Origin: an uncultured Clostridia bacterium
GTDB taxonomy: Bacteria; Bacillota; Clostridia; TANB77; CAG-508
NCBI GenBank assembly: GCA_934167095.1
Contig: CAKPKE010000002.1
Coordinates: 3,990-67,989 of the forward strand
Reading direction: 5' to 3'
DNA: 64,000 nt
The notes beneath the pieces were generated by a model. The model searched no databases, had not been told where the DNA came from, and saw only the letters and a list, made by a program, of their open reading frames with translations. Position numbers and translations under genes: made by a program. Each line of letters begins with the position of its first letter. The stretch's first letter is position 1. Below, piece after piece: positions 1-11,015 of this stretch.

Positions 1-90
1 TTACTTGTAATAGCTGGTGGAGATGTTATAGTACCAGATGAAAAATCTGACTTAAACAAAGCTATCGGTGGAGTTTTAAAAATTCAATAA
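1..90 (+). CDS. 3' end of an upstream CDS, product unknown (partial)
   Basis: Frame 1 is open from the window edge to TAA at 88-90 (...LLVIAGGDVIVPDEKSDLNKAIGGVLKIQ*). A hairpin plus T-run follows at ~100-130. Confidence 0.3.
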   Translation, partial: LLVIAGGDVIVPDEKSDLNKAIGGVLKIQ

Positions 91-193
91 TAAACAGAAA
101 TGGGAACTTTAAAAGTTCTCATTTTTTAATAGAAGTATTAATTTATGATATATTAATTAATATGGGAGTGCTTTTTTGCAAGAAAGGAATAAA

Positions 194-820
194 ATGAAAA
201 AATATTTTGATTGGCAACAAAAAATAAATGAAAATGAATTAAGAGAAACGGCAAAAGCTTTAAAGAATGGAAAAATTGCAATATTTCCAACAGAAACAGT
301 TTATGGAATAGGAACCAGCGCTTTTTGTGCAGAATCTGTGGAAAAAATTTATAAAATAAAAAAAAGACCTCATGAAAAACCAATAAATGTGCTTGTTTCA
401 AATTTTGATATGATAAAATTGTTAGCAAAAGATATATCACCAATGGAAGAAAAGATAATGAAAAAATTTTTTCCTGGTCCTTTAACAATAATCTTAAAAA
501 AGAATGATAGTGTGCCAGATGTAGTAACATCAGGAGGAGATACGATTGGCATCAGAATGCCTGCAAATAATGTTGCATTAAAGTTGATTGAAAAAGCTGG
601 AGTGCCACTTGCAACAACTAGTGCAAATTATTCTGGGGCAGAAAGTTTAGTTGACTTTGAAAAAATAAAAAATGAATTTCCAGCGGATGTAGACTATTTG
701 ATAAATGGTGGAAAAAGCCGTATTGGAGTAGCATCTACAATAGTAAAAGTTGAAAATGATAGTATAAAAATTTTAAGGCAAGGAAGTATTACAAAAGAAG
801 ATTTAGATAATATAGAATAG
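194..820 (+). CDS. tsaC: L-threonylcarbamoyladenylate synthase (YrdC/Sua5/TsaC family)
   Basis: YrdC-fold motifs (IAIFPTETVYGIGTSAF, LATTSANYSG). An AAGGAA SD lies just upstream of ATG 194; the track ORF starts at upstream TTG 176. Confidence 0.75.
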   Translation: MKKYFDWQQKINENELRETAKALKNGKIAIFPTETVYGIGTSAFCAESVEKIYKIKKRPHEKPINVLVSNFDMIKLLAKDISPMEEKIMKKFFPGPLTIILKKNDSVPDVVTSGGDTIGIRMPANNVALKLIEKAGVPLATTSANYSGAESLVDFEKIKNEFPADVDYLINGGKSRIGVASTIVKVENDSIKILRQGSITKEDLDNIE

Positions 821-886
821 TACTTGATAAATTGCTTTTGTTAATATAAAATAAATAAAAACGAAAGAGAGGAATGATAAAAACTT

Positions 887-2140
887 ATGAAAAATAATAA
901 AACAATGATAATTATTTTAATAGTATCATTAATTTTTATAGTGACAATAGGAATTGTTGTAGTTGTTGCACTACCTAAAAATAAAAATGATGAGCCAATG
1001 GCTGTAATAAATAATATAAATAACGATAAAAAAGATGAAGAAGTAGTTCAAACAAATGCAGTAAAAGATGATTTTATAAAGGACGAAATAACTGTTCAAG
1101 TAGCAAAAGGTGAAATTGCAAAGCAAAGGTCTGTTTATACTGATGAAAACAATAGAAAAGCTGTTATTCCACAAGGATATAGTGTTGTAAAAGATGCAGA
1201 AACAATAAATAATGGACTTGTTATATCTGATGTCGAAAATGATGATATGAATAATTCTCTTGGTGGAAATCAATTTGTTTGGGTACCAGTAACAACTCCA
1301 ATATTAGATGTAAGTAATAAAACTACTGATTCTCAAATAAATAATGAACTTCAAAAACAAGCTGACCAAGGTGTATATCCAATGGCAATCAGAAAAGCTG
1401 ATGGAAATTATGAAGGTGTAATTTATGATTTTGCATCAGTTAGAGAAAATACGGTTATAAAAATAACGCCAGTAACTTATGGTGCAGAAGCAACAAAAAA
1501 AGAACCTTCTAAAATTGCAACTGATAGTGGAGAAACAACTTATCAAGAAGATTTTAATGAACTAATAAAAAGAGTAAGAAATGATAACGGATTTTGGATT
1601 GCAAGATACGAAACAAGTGTTGATGAAACAGGAAAAGCTCAAAGCAAAAAAGATAAAGTTGCACTTACAAATAAATCTTGGTATGACTTATATAATGTAG
1701 AAAAAACTTTAAGTAATGAAAATGTGAAAAGCAATATGATATGGGGATGCCAATGGGATCAAATAATGATATGGCTAAAAGATGTAGAAAATAACACATA
1801 TAAAACCAATCATTTCTTAATATTAGATAGTACAGGAAAAGGAAATTATTCAGACTTAGAAATTATGGGAGAAGGTAAAGAAGTTATAAAAAAGGCAGGA
1901 ACATCAATAAGATATAGAACTGCAGCACAAGAAATATTTAAAATTAAAAATATTTATGATTTAGCTGGAAATGTTTTTGAGTGGACAATGGAAGCATATT
2001 ATGGCTCTTTAAGAATTGTAAGAGGTGGTTATTGTGCTTATGATGGTGCAACATATCCTGTATCTGTAAGTTATTGGTTCCCACCAAATTATAATGGAGA
2101 ACATTTAGCCAATATTGGCTCAAGAATGATAATATATTAA
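887..2140 (+). CDS. membrane-anchored FGE-sulfatase (SUMF1-fold) domain protein
   Basis: N-terminal signal anchor IIILIVSLIFIVTIGIVVVVAL, then GFWIARYE, CQWDQIM, AGNVFEWT, RGG and GSRMIIY motifs, as in the FGE-type paralogues at 37348 and 38619. Confidence 0.6.
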   Translation: MKNNKTMIIILIVSLIFIVTIGIVVVVALPKNKNDEPMAVINNINNDKKDEEVVQTNAVKDDFIKDEITVQVAKGEIAKQRSVYTDENNRKAVIPQGYSVVKDAETINNGLVISDVENDDMNNSLGGNQFVWVPVTTPILDVSNKTTDSQINNELQKQADQGVYPMAIRKADGNYEGVIYDFASVRENTVIKITPVTYGAEATKKEPSKIATDSGETTYQEDFNELIKRVRNDNGFWIARYETSVDETGKAQSKKDKVALTNKSWYDLYNVEKTLSNENVKSNMIWGCQWDQIMIWLKDVENNTYKTNHFLILDSTGKGNYSDLEIMGEGKEVIKKAGTSIRYRTAAQEIFKIKNIYDLAGNVFEWTMEAYYGSLRIVRGGYCAYDGATYPVSVSYWFPPNYNGEHLANIGSRMIIY

Positions 2141-2285
2141 GATAATGAAAAGAAAATAACATAAAGTCAAATGAAAAATTGACTTTATGTTATTTTTATT
2201 GTATAGTATAAATGAAAAAGCTAGAGCTTGAGCTCAAAAGCTGAATAAACTTTAGAAGGAAAGAACCGAAGAAAGGAAGAAATGT

Positions 2286-3386
2286 ATGGAAATTGTTATA
2301 CTTACGGTAGCTATTGCATTTGTTTTTCTTACATTCTGTGCTCAGAATGAAGATTTAGGGGAGGAAAAAAAGCGGTACTTTAGCTTTGTTGTTTTTATAG
2401 TAATTGCAGGAGTGATTCTGGAATTTCTAGGAAGAGAGATTGATGGATATGTTCAATTGCAAAGGCAACTAAAGATTGTAAAAGTTGCTGAACTATCACT
2501 ATTACCAATGGTGCCAGCAATATTATTACAGGTAATAAATGCTAAAGAAAAGACAAAATTAATAAGTTATATACTAGTTGTTGTTAATATGGTTTTAGAA
2601 ATTTTATCGGTTTTTATTAAAATTATATTTTATGTTGATTTGCAGGGGGGTTATCATAGAGCATGGGCATATCCAATATACATAATCATATATGTAATTG
2701 GAATTATAATCTTAGTTAAAGAAACAATAAATTTCTCTATAGAGTATCAAGGAAAACATTGGCAAAATTTGGCGGCAACAGTAATTTTCTTAGGAATGGG
2801 GTTTACTATGCAAATAGTAAATAGTACTTTCAAAACAGAATGGATTAGTCTTGCTATAGCTCTTGTATTCTATTACATCTACTATGTAGATCTTACTTTG
2901 CAAATTGATATGCAAAGTGGGGTTTTTTGTAGAAGCGCCTATGACAAAATGTGCAAAATCATCAATTATGATACAGCAATTTTTGTCATTGACATCAACA
3001 ATTTTAAAGAAATCAATGATAAATTTGGTCATCAAGCAGGTGATATATATATTTCTAAGGTTGCCGAAACTATTAAACGGCAGTTTATAGGAATAGGATA
3101 TTGTTATCGAATTGGTGGCGACGAGTTTGTTGTTGTACTAAAAAATGGAGCTTATGTAAAGAGTGTGAGATTAGAAACAAACTATGATACTTACAAGGTA
3201 ATGTATGCATTTTGCAAAAAAATAAATGATGCAATTGCAAAAGAACGAGAAAAAGATCCAGTATTTCCAAATGTTGCAATTGGTGCAGCATACCATGTAC
3301 ATGGGGATAGTTTTGCATCGACAATGAAGCGTGCAGACGAAAGAATGTACAAGGATAAAGCGGAGTCCAAGAAAGTTCAGGACTAA
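2286..3386 (+). CDS. membrane diguanylate cyclase (GGDEF domain)
   Basis: About six hydrophobic helices, then FGHQAGD...YRIGGDEFVVVL (intact GGDEF active-site motif). Confidence 0.8.
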   Translation: MEIVILTVAIAFVFLTFCAQNEDLGEEKKRYFSFVVFIVIAGVILEFLGREIDGYVQLQRQLKIVKVAELSLLPMVPAILLQVINAKEKTKLISYILVVVNMVLEILSVFIKIIFYVDLQGGYHRAWAYPIYIIIYVIGIIILVKETINFSIEYQGKHWQNLAATVIFLGMGFTMQIVNSTFKTEWISLAIALVFYYIYYVDLTLQIDMQSGVFCRSAYDKMCKIINYDTAIFVIDINNFKEINDKFGHQAGDIYISKVAETIKRQFIGIGYCYRIGGDEFVVVLKNGAYVKSVRLETNYDTYKVMYAFCKKINDAIAKEREKDPVFPNVAIGAAYHVHGDSFASTMKRADERMYKDKAESKKVQD

Positions 3387-3502
3387 AGTTTAAATGGGAG
3401 CCACATGTGTGACCCCCACTTTTTATAATTATAAAAAATGACAAATTAAGGAAAGTATGTTAAAATAAAAGTTGATAATAAAGAAAATAGAAAGAGGCAA
3501 AT

Positions 3503-4498
3503 ATGATTCAAATAGAAAAATTAAAAAGTTATGGATTCTTTGATATGAACATTAATGAGCAAATTGAATTTTTAAGAAAATATGGATTTTTTAAACTAAG
3601 TAATCAAGAAAAAATAAATTTTTTAGAAACAGTAGGTTTGTTTTACTTGGATATAAATGATGATCCACCTAATATTCCACTAACACCAGAAAATGTAGAC
3701 TATCTAAAAACTAATCCAATGAATGCTAGAAAAAATAGAATTGCAAATTTGTGGAAAGCTTCATTTACAAATAATATACTAAAAAATGGAGCGTTAACAA
3801 TTGATAGTATAAATGGAATAGAAAATGTATTAAGTGTTAAATCAGGGGCAATAGTTACTGTTAATCATTTTAACCCATTTGATACATTTGCAATAGAAAA
3901 AGTTTTGAAAGATGCAGGAGTATCAAGAAAAATATATAAAGTAATTAGAGAAGGAAATTATACAAATTTTCCAGGAAAGATTGGGTTATATTTTAAAAAC
4001 GATAATACTCTTCCGCTAAGTCAAATGCCAGAGACTATGGAATTGTTTGAAGAAGCAATAGAAGCAATCTTAGAAAGAGGAGATTTTATAATAGTTTGTC
4101 CAGAGCAAAGTATGTGGCTAAATTATAAAAAACCAAAACCATTAAGATATGGAGCTTTTAAATGGGCAACATTAAATGATGTGCCAGTCATACCTACATT
4201 TATTACAATGAGAAATAAAAAAGGTATTGATGGAGATGAAAATATTGCTCAGCAATATAATATAAATATTGGACAGCCAATATATCCTAATAATACATTA
4301 ACTCCAAGAGAAAATATACGCCAAATGAGAAATTTAAATTATTCTTTTAACAGAGAAGTATATGAAAGATATTATGGAGTACCTGTGGAATACAAAACAA
4401 TAAGTCATAAAGATATTCCAAGCTATGTGGCGACAATACCTAATTTTTTAGAGTTGATTTCAAAAGATATGGATATATCAGATGAAGATGGAAGATAA
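3503..4498 (+). CDS. PlsC/LPLAT-family acyltransferase with N-terminal extension
   Basis: HX4D motif NHFNPFD and a VCPEQSMW block. Paralogue of 25564-26247, including the N-terminal TPEN(V/I)DYL segment. Confidence 0.65.
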   Translation: MIQIEKLKSYGFFDMNINEQIEFLRKYGFFKLSNQEKINFLETVGLFYLDINDDPPNIPLTPENVDYLKTNPMNARKNRIANLWKASFTNNILKNGALTIDSINGIENVLSVKSGAIVTVNHFNPFDTFAIEKVLKDAGVSRKIYKVIREGNYTNFPGKIGLYFKNDNTLPLSQMPETMELFEEAIEAILERGDFIIVCPEQSMWLNYKKPKPLRYGAFKWATLNDVPVIPTFITMRNKKGIDGDENIAQQYNINIGQPIYPNNTLTPRENIRQMRNLNYSFNREVYERYYGVPVEYKTISHKDIPSYVATIPNFLELISKDMDISDEDGR

Positions 4499-4647
4499 TT
4501 ATTTTGCTTGAATTTTACCAAAACACTTGTATTCTAAAGAAAATTATGCTATTATAGTTATTGCGATAACTACCTTATCCTTGGTTTTAGGAATAAAACT
4601 CCACTAAATCTAAGAATAAGGCAAATAAAAAATAGGAGGAAATAAAA

Positions 4648-4911
4648 ATGACAAAGGAAAGAAAACAAGAAATAATTGCAACTTACAGAAGAGATGAAAA
4701 AGACACTGGTTCTCCAGAAGTTCAAATAGCTCTTTTAACAGAAAGAATTAGCAATTTAACAGAACATTTAAGAACTCATCAAAAAGATAATCACTCAAGA
4801 AGAGGATTATTAAAAATGGTAGGAGCTAGAAGAAGCTTATTAAACTACTTAGCTGATGAAGATGTTCAAAGATATAGAGATATAGTTGAAAAACTAGGAT
4901 TAAGAAAATAA
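4648..4911 (+). CDS. rpsO: 30S ribosomal protein S15
   Basis: Typical S15 sequence ([38 protein letters not shown]) with an AGGAGG SD. Confidence 0.95.
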   Translation: MTKERKQEIIATYRRDEKDTGSPEVQIALLTERISNLTEHLRTHQKDNHSRRGLLKMVGARRSLLNYLADEDVQRYRDIVEKLGLRK

Positions 4912-4920
4912 TAAAAATCA

Positions 4921-4960
4921 AGGGGCGTTTTACAATACATGGTTAAAGCGCCCATTTTTA
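4921..4960 (+). terminator. rpsO intrinsic terminator
   Basis: GGGCG...CGCCC stem followed by ATTTTT, directly after the rpsO stop. Confidence 0.5.
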
Positions 4961-4969
4961 AAAGATATC

Positions 4970-5057
4970 AAATACTTGAAATTAGAAGTAGCTTGCATAA
5001 AGTAGTACTAAAATAAAAATACTATTTTATAGAGGTTACAATCTAATTTAAGTATTT
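4970..5057 (+). promoter_or_regulatory. long inverted repeat in the pnp leader
   Basis: AAATACTTGAAATTAGA (4970-4986) pairs with TCTAATTTAAGTATTT (5042-5057) with one bulge, enclosing ~55 nt upstream of pnp. Confidence 0.3.
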
Positions 5058-5182
5058 ATATAAAAAATAGACTATTAGAAAGGATGTTTTAAATTATGGG
5101 TATTAAAGACATAATAGAAAAAATTAGTGGAAAAACAAAAGAATCTAAAAAAGAAAAATCTAGTAGCCAAGAAGGAGTAAAT

Positions 5183-7300
5183 ATGAATAAAAAATTTGAA
5201 ACAGAATTAGCAGGAAGAAAACTTGTTATTGAACCATGGAGAGTAGCTGAACTAAGTAATGGAAATACAATAGTTAGATATGGAGATACTGTTGTAATGG
5301 TAAATGTAACAGCATCAAAAGAACCAAAAGAAGGAGTTGACTTTTTCCCATTATCAGTAGATTATGAAGAAAAATTATATTCAGTAGGAAAAATACCAGG
5401 AAGCTTTACAAAAAGAGAAGGAAAGCCAGCAGATAAAGCAATTTTAACATCAAGAGCAATAGATAGACCAATAAGACCTTTATTTCCAAAGGACTTTAGA
5501 AATGATGTTGTAGTTGTTGCAACAGTATTATCTGTAGAACCAGATAATAGCCCAGAAGTTTGTGCAATGATAGGAGCTTCAGTTGCATTATCAATTTCTG
5601 ATATACCATTTGGAGGACCAACAGCTGCAGTAAATGTAGGATATGTAGACGGCCAAATAGTAATAAATCCAACACTTGAACAAAGAGAAAAAACAAGACT
5701 AACTTTAACTGTTGCAGGAACAATGGATAAAGTTACAATGATTGAAGCAGGTGCTGATGAAATACCAAATGACACAATGCTTGACTGTATAAAAGCAGGA
5801 CATGAAGAAATCAAAAAGCTTTGCAAATTCATAAAAGAAATAAAAGATGAAGTTGGAAAACCTAAATTTGAATATAAATCATTTGCTACAAATAAAGAAG
5901 TATTTGATGAAATTTCTGAAAACTTTAAAGCTAGAATGTATCAAGATGTACAAGCTTTAGACAAAGAAGTACGAGATGCAAATATGGATAAATTAGCAGA
6001 AGATGTACAAGCATATTTCGTAGAAAAATATGGTGAAGAAGAAACAGAAAATAAATCTGCTGATATAGCAAATAGCTTACATGACTTAGAAAAAGAATGT
6101 GTTCGTGAAATGATATTAAAAGAGCACAAACGTCCAGACGGAAGAAAAATAGATGAACTAAGACCTTTATCTTGTGAAGTAGGATTCTTACCAAGAGTTC
6201 ATGGAAGTGCAATATTTACTAGAGGTCAAACTCAAGTATTATCAGTAGTAACACTAGGAACAAAATCAGAAGAACAAGAATTAGACGGATTAGATGAGCA
6301 AGTAGCAAAAAGATACATGCATCAATATAACTTCCCATCATATTCAGTTGGTGAAGCAAGACCATCTCGTGGACCAGGAAGAAGAGAAATAGGACATGGA
6401 GCTTTAGCTGAAAAAGCATTAGTTCCAGTAATTCCATCAGAAGATGAATTCCCATACACAATAAGAGTTGTATCAGAAGTATTATCTTCAAATGGTTCAA
6501 CATCACAAGCAAGTATTTGTGGAAGTACTTTAGCACTTATGGATGCTGGCGTTCCAATTAAAAAGCCAGTTGCAGGTATATCAACAGGACTTGTTACATC
6601 AAAGGAAAATCCAGATGAATATGTAATGCTTACAGATATTCAAGGAATTGAAGATTTCTTTGGAGATATGGATTTCAAAGTTGGTGGAACAAAAGATGGT
6701 ATAACAGCTATACAAGTTGACATCAAAAATGATGGACTAACATATGATATAATTAAACAAGCCTTTGAAAGAACAAAAGTTGCAAGAGATTATATACTAG
6801 ATAACATCATGTTACCACAAATTGCAGAACCTAGAAAAGAATTATCTAAATATGCACCAAGAATTATTACAACAAAAATTGATGTAGATAAAATAAAAGA
6901 TGTAATCGGACCTGGTGGAAAAATGATAAATAAAATTATTGATGCAACAGGAGTAAAAATTGATATAGAAGATGACGGAAGAGTTTGCATTTATTCAAAT
7001 GATGGTGAAAATGGCGAAAAAGCACTAAAAATGATTGATGCAATTGCAAAAGATCCAGAAGTTGGCCAAATATATGAAGGAAAAGTTACAAGATTAATGA
7101 ACTTTGGAGCATTTGTCGATATTGGTGGAGGAAAAGAAGGATTACTTCATATATCTAAAATATCAAATAAAAGAGTTGAAAAAGTTGAAGATGTACTTTC
7201 AGTAGGCGATGAAATAAAAGTAAAAGTTTATGAAATCGATTCTCAAGGAAGAATAAACTTGAGCATGAAAGATTTAGAAACTTCAAATAAGGAAGAGTAA
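5183..7300 (+). CDS. pnp: polyribonucleotide nucleotidyltransferase (PNPase)
   Basis: Two RNase PH domains plus KH and S1 domains. GAAGGAG SD lies 5 nt before ATG 5183; the upstream ATG 5096 used by the track has a poor SD. Confidence 0.95.
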   Translation: MNKKFETELAGRKLVIEPWRVAELSNGNTIVRYGDTVVMVNVTASKEPKEGVDFFPLSVDYEEKLYSVGKIPGSFTKREGKPADKAILTSRAIDRPIRPLFPKDFRNDVVVVATVLSVEPDNSPEVCAMIGASVALSISDIPFGGPTAAVNVGYVDGQIVINPTLEQREKTRLTLTVAGTMDKVTMIEAGADEIPNDTMLDCIKAGHEEIKKLCKFIKEIKDEVGKPKFEYKSFATNKEVFDEISENFKARMYQDVQALDKEVRDANMDKLAEDVQAYFVEKYGEEETENKSADIANSLHDLEKECVREMILKEHKRPDGRKIDELRPLSCEVGFLPRVHGSAIFTRGQTQVLSVVTLGTKSEEQELDGLDEQVAKRYMHQYNFPSYSVGEARPSRGPGRREIGHGALAEKALVPVIPSEDEFPYTIRVVSEVLSSNGSTSQASICGSTLALMDAGVPIKKPVAGISTGLVTSKENPDEYVMLTDIQGIEDFFGDMDFKVGGTKDGITAIQVDIKNDGLTYDIIKQAFERTKVARDYILDNIMLPQIAEPRKELSKYAPRIITTKIDVDKIKDVIGPGGKMINKIIDATGVKIDIEDDGRVCIYSNDGENGEKALKMIDAIAKDPEVGQIYEGKVTRLMNFGAFVDIGGGKEGLLHISKISNKRVEKVEDVLSVGDEIKVKVYEIDSQGRINLSMKDLETSNKEE

Positions 7301-7302
7301 AA

Positions 7303-8538
7303 ATGAAATATTTATATGTAATACAACAAGCAATGGTTTGGATACTAACTATATATTGGTTGTATCAGTTAATAATAAGCTTGTGTTCATTCGTAAAAAT
7401 AAAAGAAAAACCTGTGGTTGAAGAAAAAAATAATAAATTTATGGCAATAGTGCCTGCGCATAATGAGGAAAATGTTATAGGAAACTTGGTAGAAAGTCTG
7501 AAAAATCAGACTTATCCAAGTGACCTAGTAGACATTTATGTAATTGCAGATAATTGCACAGATAAAACTGCCGAAATTGCAAAAAAATTAGGTGCAATAG
7601 TATTAGAAAGAACAGAACCAGATAAGAAAAAGCAAACAAAAGGTGCTGCCCTTCAATGGTTTTTAGCGCAAAAAATAGAAGAAAATGCAGATTATGATGC
7701 ATTCTGTATATTTGATGCAGATAACATTGTAGACAAAAATTTCTTTACTGCAATGAATAAAAAATTATGTCAAGGTGAAGAAGTTGTTCAAGGATATAGA
7801 GATATCAAAAATCCGGCAGATAGTTGGGTATCAGCAGGATATGCAATATTTTATTGGACAATGCATAGATTTTACCATTTAGCAAGATATAATTTAGGTT
7901 TATCTGCACTATTAAATGGTACAGGATTTATGGTTAAATTTGATGTAATAAAACCAACAGGTTGGAATACAAAAACTTTAACAGAGGATATAGAGTTCTC
8001 ATTAAAAACAATTATAAAAGGTAAAAAGGTTGGTTGGGCAGTAGATGCAATAGTTTATGATGAGCAACCAGTTGGATTTAAGCAATCATGGTCACAACGT
8101 TCAAGATGGACAATAGGCCACATGCAATGTTTACATGAATATACTGGAAGTTTAGCAGAAGCTTTAAAAGAAAAGAAAACTTTACTAAATTTTGATGGTT
8201 TATTATATATGGTTGGAAGTATTCCAATGTTTATAATGACAGCATTATTACTTATATTAAATTTTATAATGTATGGTGCTGGTGGAATGACAACAACTGA
8301 TTTATTAATAAATTGTTTAAAATATGTATTGCCAACATTTATATTACCAATATTTACAGGTTTAGCTATATTAGTAATAGAAAAGAAACCAGTAAAACCT
8401 ATGATAAAAGGACTTATCCTTTATCCATTATTCTTAGGTTCTTGGCTTCTAATAAATGCTAAATGCTTATTTGTTAGAAATACAAGCTGGGATAAAATAG
8501 ACCACGTAAGAGATATAAAAATAAAAGATGTAGCATAA
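7303..8538 (+). CDS. processive family-2 glycosyltransferase (membrane)
   Basis: D, DAD and QRSRW signature (VPAHNEE, FDADN, SQRSRW) with C-terminal TM helices. It starts 3 nt after the pnp stop. Confidence 0.75.
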   Translation: MKYLYVIQQAMVWILTIYWLYQLIISLCSFVKIKEKPVVEEKNNKFMAIVPAHNEENVIGNLVESLKNQTYPSDLVDIYVIADNCTDKTAEIAKKLGAIVLERTEPDKKKQTKGAALQWFLAQKIEENADYDAFCIFDADNIVDKNFFTAMNKKLCQGEEVVQGYRDIKNPADSWVSAGYAIFYWTMHRFYHLARYNLGLSALLNGTGFMVKFDVIKPTGWNTKTLTEDIEFSLKTIIKGKKVGWAVDAIVYDEQPVGFKQSWSQRSRWTIGHMQCLHEYTGSLAEALKEKKTLLNFDGLLYMVGSIPMFIMTALLLILNFIMYGAGGMTTTDLLINCLKYVLPTFILPIFTGLAILVIEKKPVKPMIKGLILYPLFLGSWLLINAKCLFVRNTSWDKIDHVRDIKIKDVA

Positions 8539-8777
8539 AATATAAAACTTATTTTAAGTCTTGAATAAAATTAAGATTATAAAATAAGTTTTTTTATGTA
8601 ATAGGAAAGTCATGTTACCTTTTCTATTATATAAAATTTAACACAAAATATATGATAAATATATTTAAAGGATTAGAATCTTAAAAAATTATAACAATGC
8701 ATAATTTTTTCTTGTTTATTAAGGAGTATTGTGATAATATAAATAACAAAAAGTAAATTGAAATAGAGAGGGAAAAT

Positions 8778-9602
8778 ATGAAAACTTATGCTTTTGTAGG
8801 TCCATCAGGAACAGGAAAAAGTTATAGAGCTCAAATGGTGGCAAATGCAAATGGAATACATTATATAATAGATGATGGATTACTAATTGATGAGAATGCA
8901 GTCTTAGCAGGAACTTCTGCAAAAAAAGCACCAACAAAAATAGAAACTGTAAGACATGCTTTATTCATTGAACCTGATGAACAAAAAGAAATGAAGGAAG
9001 CTTTGAAAAAATATAAACCAGATAACATTTTGATACTAGGAACATCAGACAAAATGGTTGAAAAAATTAGAGAAAGTCTATCGCTTCCTGAATTTACAAA
9101 AACCATTTATATAAATGAAGTTGCAACTGAAGAAGAAATGAAAAAGGCAAAAAATATAAGAGTTACTCAAGGAAAGCATGTAATTCCAGTACCTACATTT
9201 GAAATAAAAAAAGATTTTTCAGGATATATTTTAGATCCGCTACAAATATTTAGATCAAAAAGTAAATTAGGTGGACCATATATGTCTGAAAAATCAATCA
9301 TAAGACCAACTTTTAGTTATCTGGGTAATTTTACAATTTCTGATAGTGTATTTAGACAAATTGCAGAGAGAGTTGCTAAAAAAATGCCAGCAATTTATGA
9401 AGTTACAAGAACAAGAGTTGAAAATTATGGTGATGGAATTTCAATTTATATGGAAGCAATTATAAATTATGGAAATAATGTAGTTGAAGTTTTGGAAGAG
9501 TTCAAAAAGAAGGTAAAAAAAGAAATTGAAAAGCAGACGGCAATGAGTACATTAAGAATTGATTTAGTGGCAAAAGGAATTAATATGCCAGAAGATAAAT
9601 AA
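8778..9602 (+). CDS. P-loop NTPase fused to an Asp23/Gls24-like domain, function unknown
   Basis: Walker A GPSGTGKS at the N-terminus. The C-terminal half resembles alkaline-shock Asp23-type proteins (ISDSVFRQIAERVAKKMP...VENYGDGISIYMEAI). Confidence 0.45.
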   Translation: MKTYAFVGPSGTGKSYRAQMVANANGIHYIIDDGLLIDENAVLAGTSAKKAPTKIETVRHALFIEPDEQKEMKEALKKYKPDNILILGTSDKMVEKIRESLSLPEFTKTIYINEVATEEEMKKAKNIRVTQGKHVIPVPTFEIKKDFSGYILDPLQIFRSKSKLGGPYMSEKSIIRPTFSYLGNFTISDSVFRQIAERVAKKMPAIYEVTRTRVENYGDGISIYMEAIINYGNNVVEVLEEFKKKVKKEIEKQTAMSTLRIDLVAKGINMPEDK

Positions 9603-9626
9603 TAAGGTATGAGGAGGATTTTTTAA

Positions 9627-10304
9627 ATGTCTTTTATAGTTGCAATTGATGGCCCTGCAGGAACAGGAAAAGGAACAATGGCTGATTTATTATCAAAAAA
9701 ATATGGATTTACAAATATTGATACAGGAGCAACATACAGATGTGTTGCTTTAGAAATGTTAAATCAGAAAGTTGATTTAAGCAACGAAGCAGAAGTTGCA
9801 AAAATAGCTAAAAATATAAAAATTGATATGCAAACAATAGATGGAAATCTAGAAGTATATCTTAATGGAGTAAATGTAAGCAAAGAAATTCGTTCTCCAG
9901 AAGTTGCAAAGGTTGTATCTCCAGTATCTAGCATAAAAGAAGTAAGAAGTGAAATGGTAAATATCCAAAGAAAGCTTGCTGAAGGAAAAAATGTAATAAT
10001 GGAAGGAAGAGATATTACAACTGTAGTGTTTCCTAATGCTGATGTTAAAATATACTTAGATGGAGCATTAGAGGAAAGGGCAATGAGAAGATATAGACAA
10101 AACAAAGCAAAAGGAATTGAAATGAGCTATGAAGAAGTTTTAGAAAATATCAAAAAAAGAGATAAAAATGATATGGAAAAAGAAGTGGGAGCTTTAAAAA
10201 TAGCAGATGATGCGATTGTAATTGATACAACAAATTTAACGATTAGTGAGCAAGAAGCAAAAATGAGTGAAATTATAGATAAGGCATTAGCTAGTAAAAA
10301 ATAG
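9627..10304 (+). CDS. cmk: cytidylate kinase
   Basis: IAIDGPAGTGKGT...DTGATYR motifs; typical size. Confidence 0.9.
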   Translation: MSFIVAIDGPAGTGKGTMADLLSKKYGFTNIDTGATYRCVALEMLNQKVDLSNEAEVAKIAKNIKIDMQTIDGNLEVYLNGVNVSKEIRSPEVAKVVSPVSSIKEVRSEMVNIQRKLAEGKNVIMEGRDITTVVFPNADVKIYLDGALEERAMRRYRQNKAKGIEMSYEEVLENIKKRDKNDMEKEVGALKIADDAIVIDTTNLTISEQEAKMSEIIDKALASKK

Positions 10305-10322
10305 AAAAGAGGCAAAATAAAA

Positions 10323-11015
10323 ATGCAAGAGGAAATAAAAAAAGTAGATGATGAAAAAGCAAAGAAAAAGTTAGAAAAGAAAAATAAAAAAATATATGGA
10401 AGAAGAAAAAATACTTGGGTAAAATCTGTTGAAAAAGTAATTATAGGAGCAGTTTTAAGAACTTTTTATAGAATCACATTCAGACTAGACACAATAAATC
10501 AAGAAAATGTACCTACTAATGAGCCTATTATTTTATGTGCAAATCACTTAAATATATTTGATGCTGTTGGAATTGTATTATTTACAAAAAAGCCAATAAG
10601 ATTTATTGCAAAATATGAAGTCTTTGAAAATGGTTTTGCAAATCATATACTTCATGTTTTTGATGCAATTCCTGTAAGAAGAGGACTTAGAGATTTAGAA
10701 TCTATGAAAATATGTGTGAAATCATTAAAGGATGGAGAGTCTTTAGGATTATTTCCAGAAGGAACAAGAAAAGGTTTAGCAAAAGGTGCCAAAGTTCAAA
10801 ACGGAGCTGCGTATATGGCTATAAAAACTAACACAAAAGTTGTGCCTGTTGGAATACAAGGAAGTTTTAAACCATTTACAAAGGTAACTTTAAATTATGG
10901 AAAGCCATTAGACTTTTCAAATTTTGAAAAAGATTTACCAGATAAAGAGAGAATGGATATGGCAACAAAAGAGATTATGAATAACATAATTATGTTGACA
11001 AAACAGGAAAAATAA
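10323..11015 (+). CDS. plsC: 1-acyl-sn-glycerol-3-phosphate acyltransferase
   Basis: NHLNIFD (HX4D) and FPEGTR motifs; cmk-plsC-S1 synteny. Confidence 0.7.
   Translation: MQEEIKKVDDEKAKKKLEKKNKKIYGRRKNTWVKSVEKVIIGAVLRTFYRITFRLDTINQENVPTNEPIILCANHLNIFDAVGIVLFTKKPIRFIAKYEVFENGFANHILHVFDAIPVRRGLRDLESMKICVKSLKDGESLGLFPEGTRKGLAKGAKVQNGAAYMAIKTNTKVVPVGIQGSFKPFTKVTLNYGKPLDFSNFEKDLPDKERMDMATKEIMNNIIMLTKQEK

Noticed and set aside
153-552. Minus-strand ORFs 153-530 and 370-552 antisense to tsaC. The same class recurs across the track, for example 5362-5832, 9764-10105, 12500-13168, 22502-23083, 33151-33450, 54990-55541 and 59443-59757.
   Set aside because: They lie wholly inside well-supported conserved genes on the opposite strand, have low-complexity Leu/Phe/Ile/Ser-rich translations and lack SD sequences. 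They are shadow ORFs of an A+T-rich genome.
5096-5182. 29-codon N-terminal extension of PNPase from ATG 5096.
   Set aside because: The extension is Lys/Ser-rich with no PNPase homology and has a poor SD. ATG 5183 has GAAGGAG at ideal spacing and starts at the conserved N-terminus.
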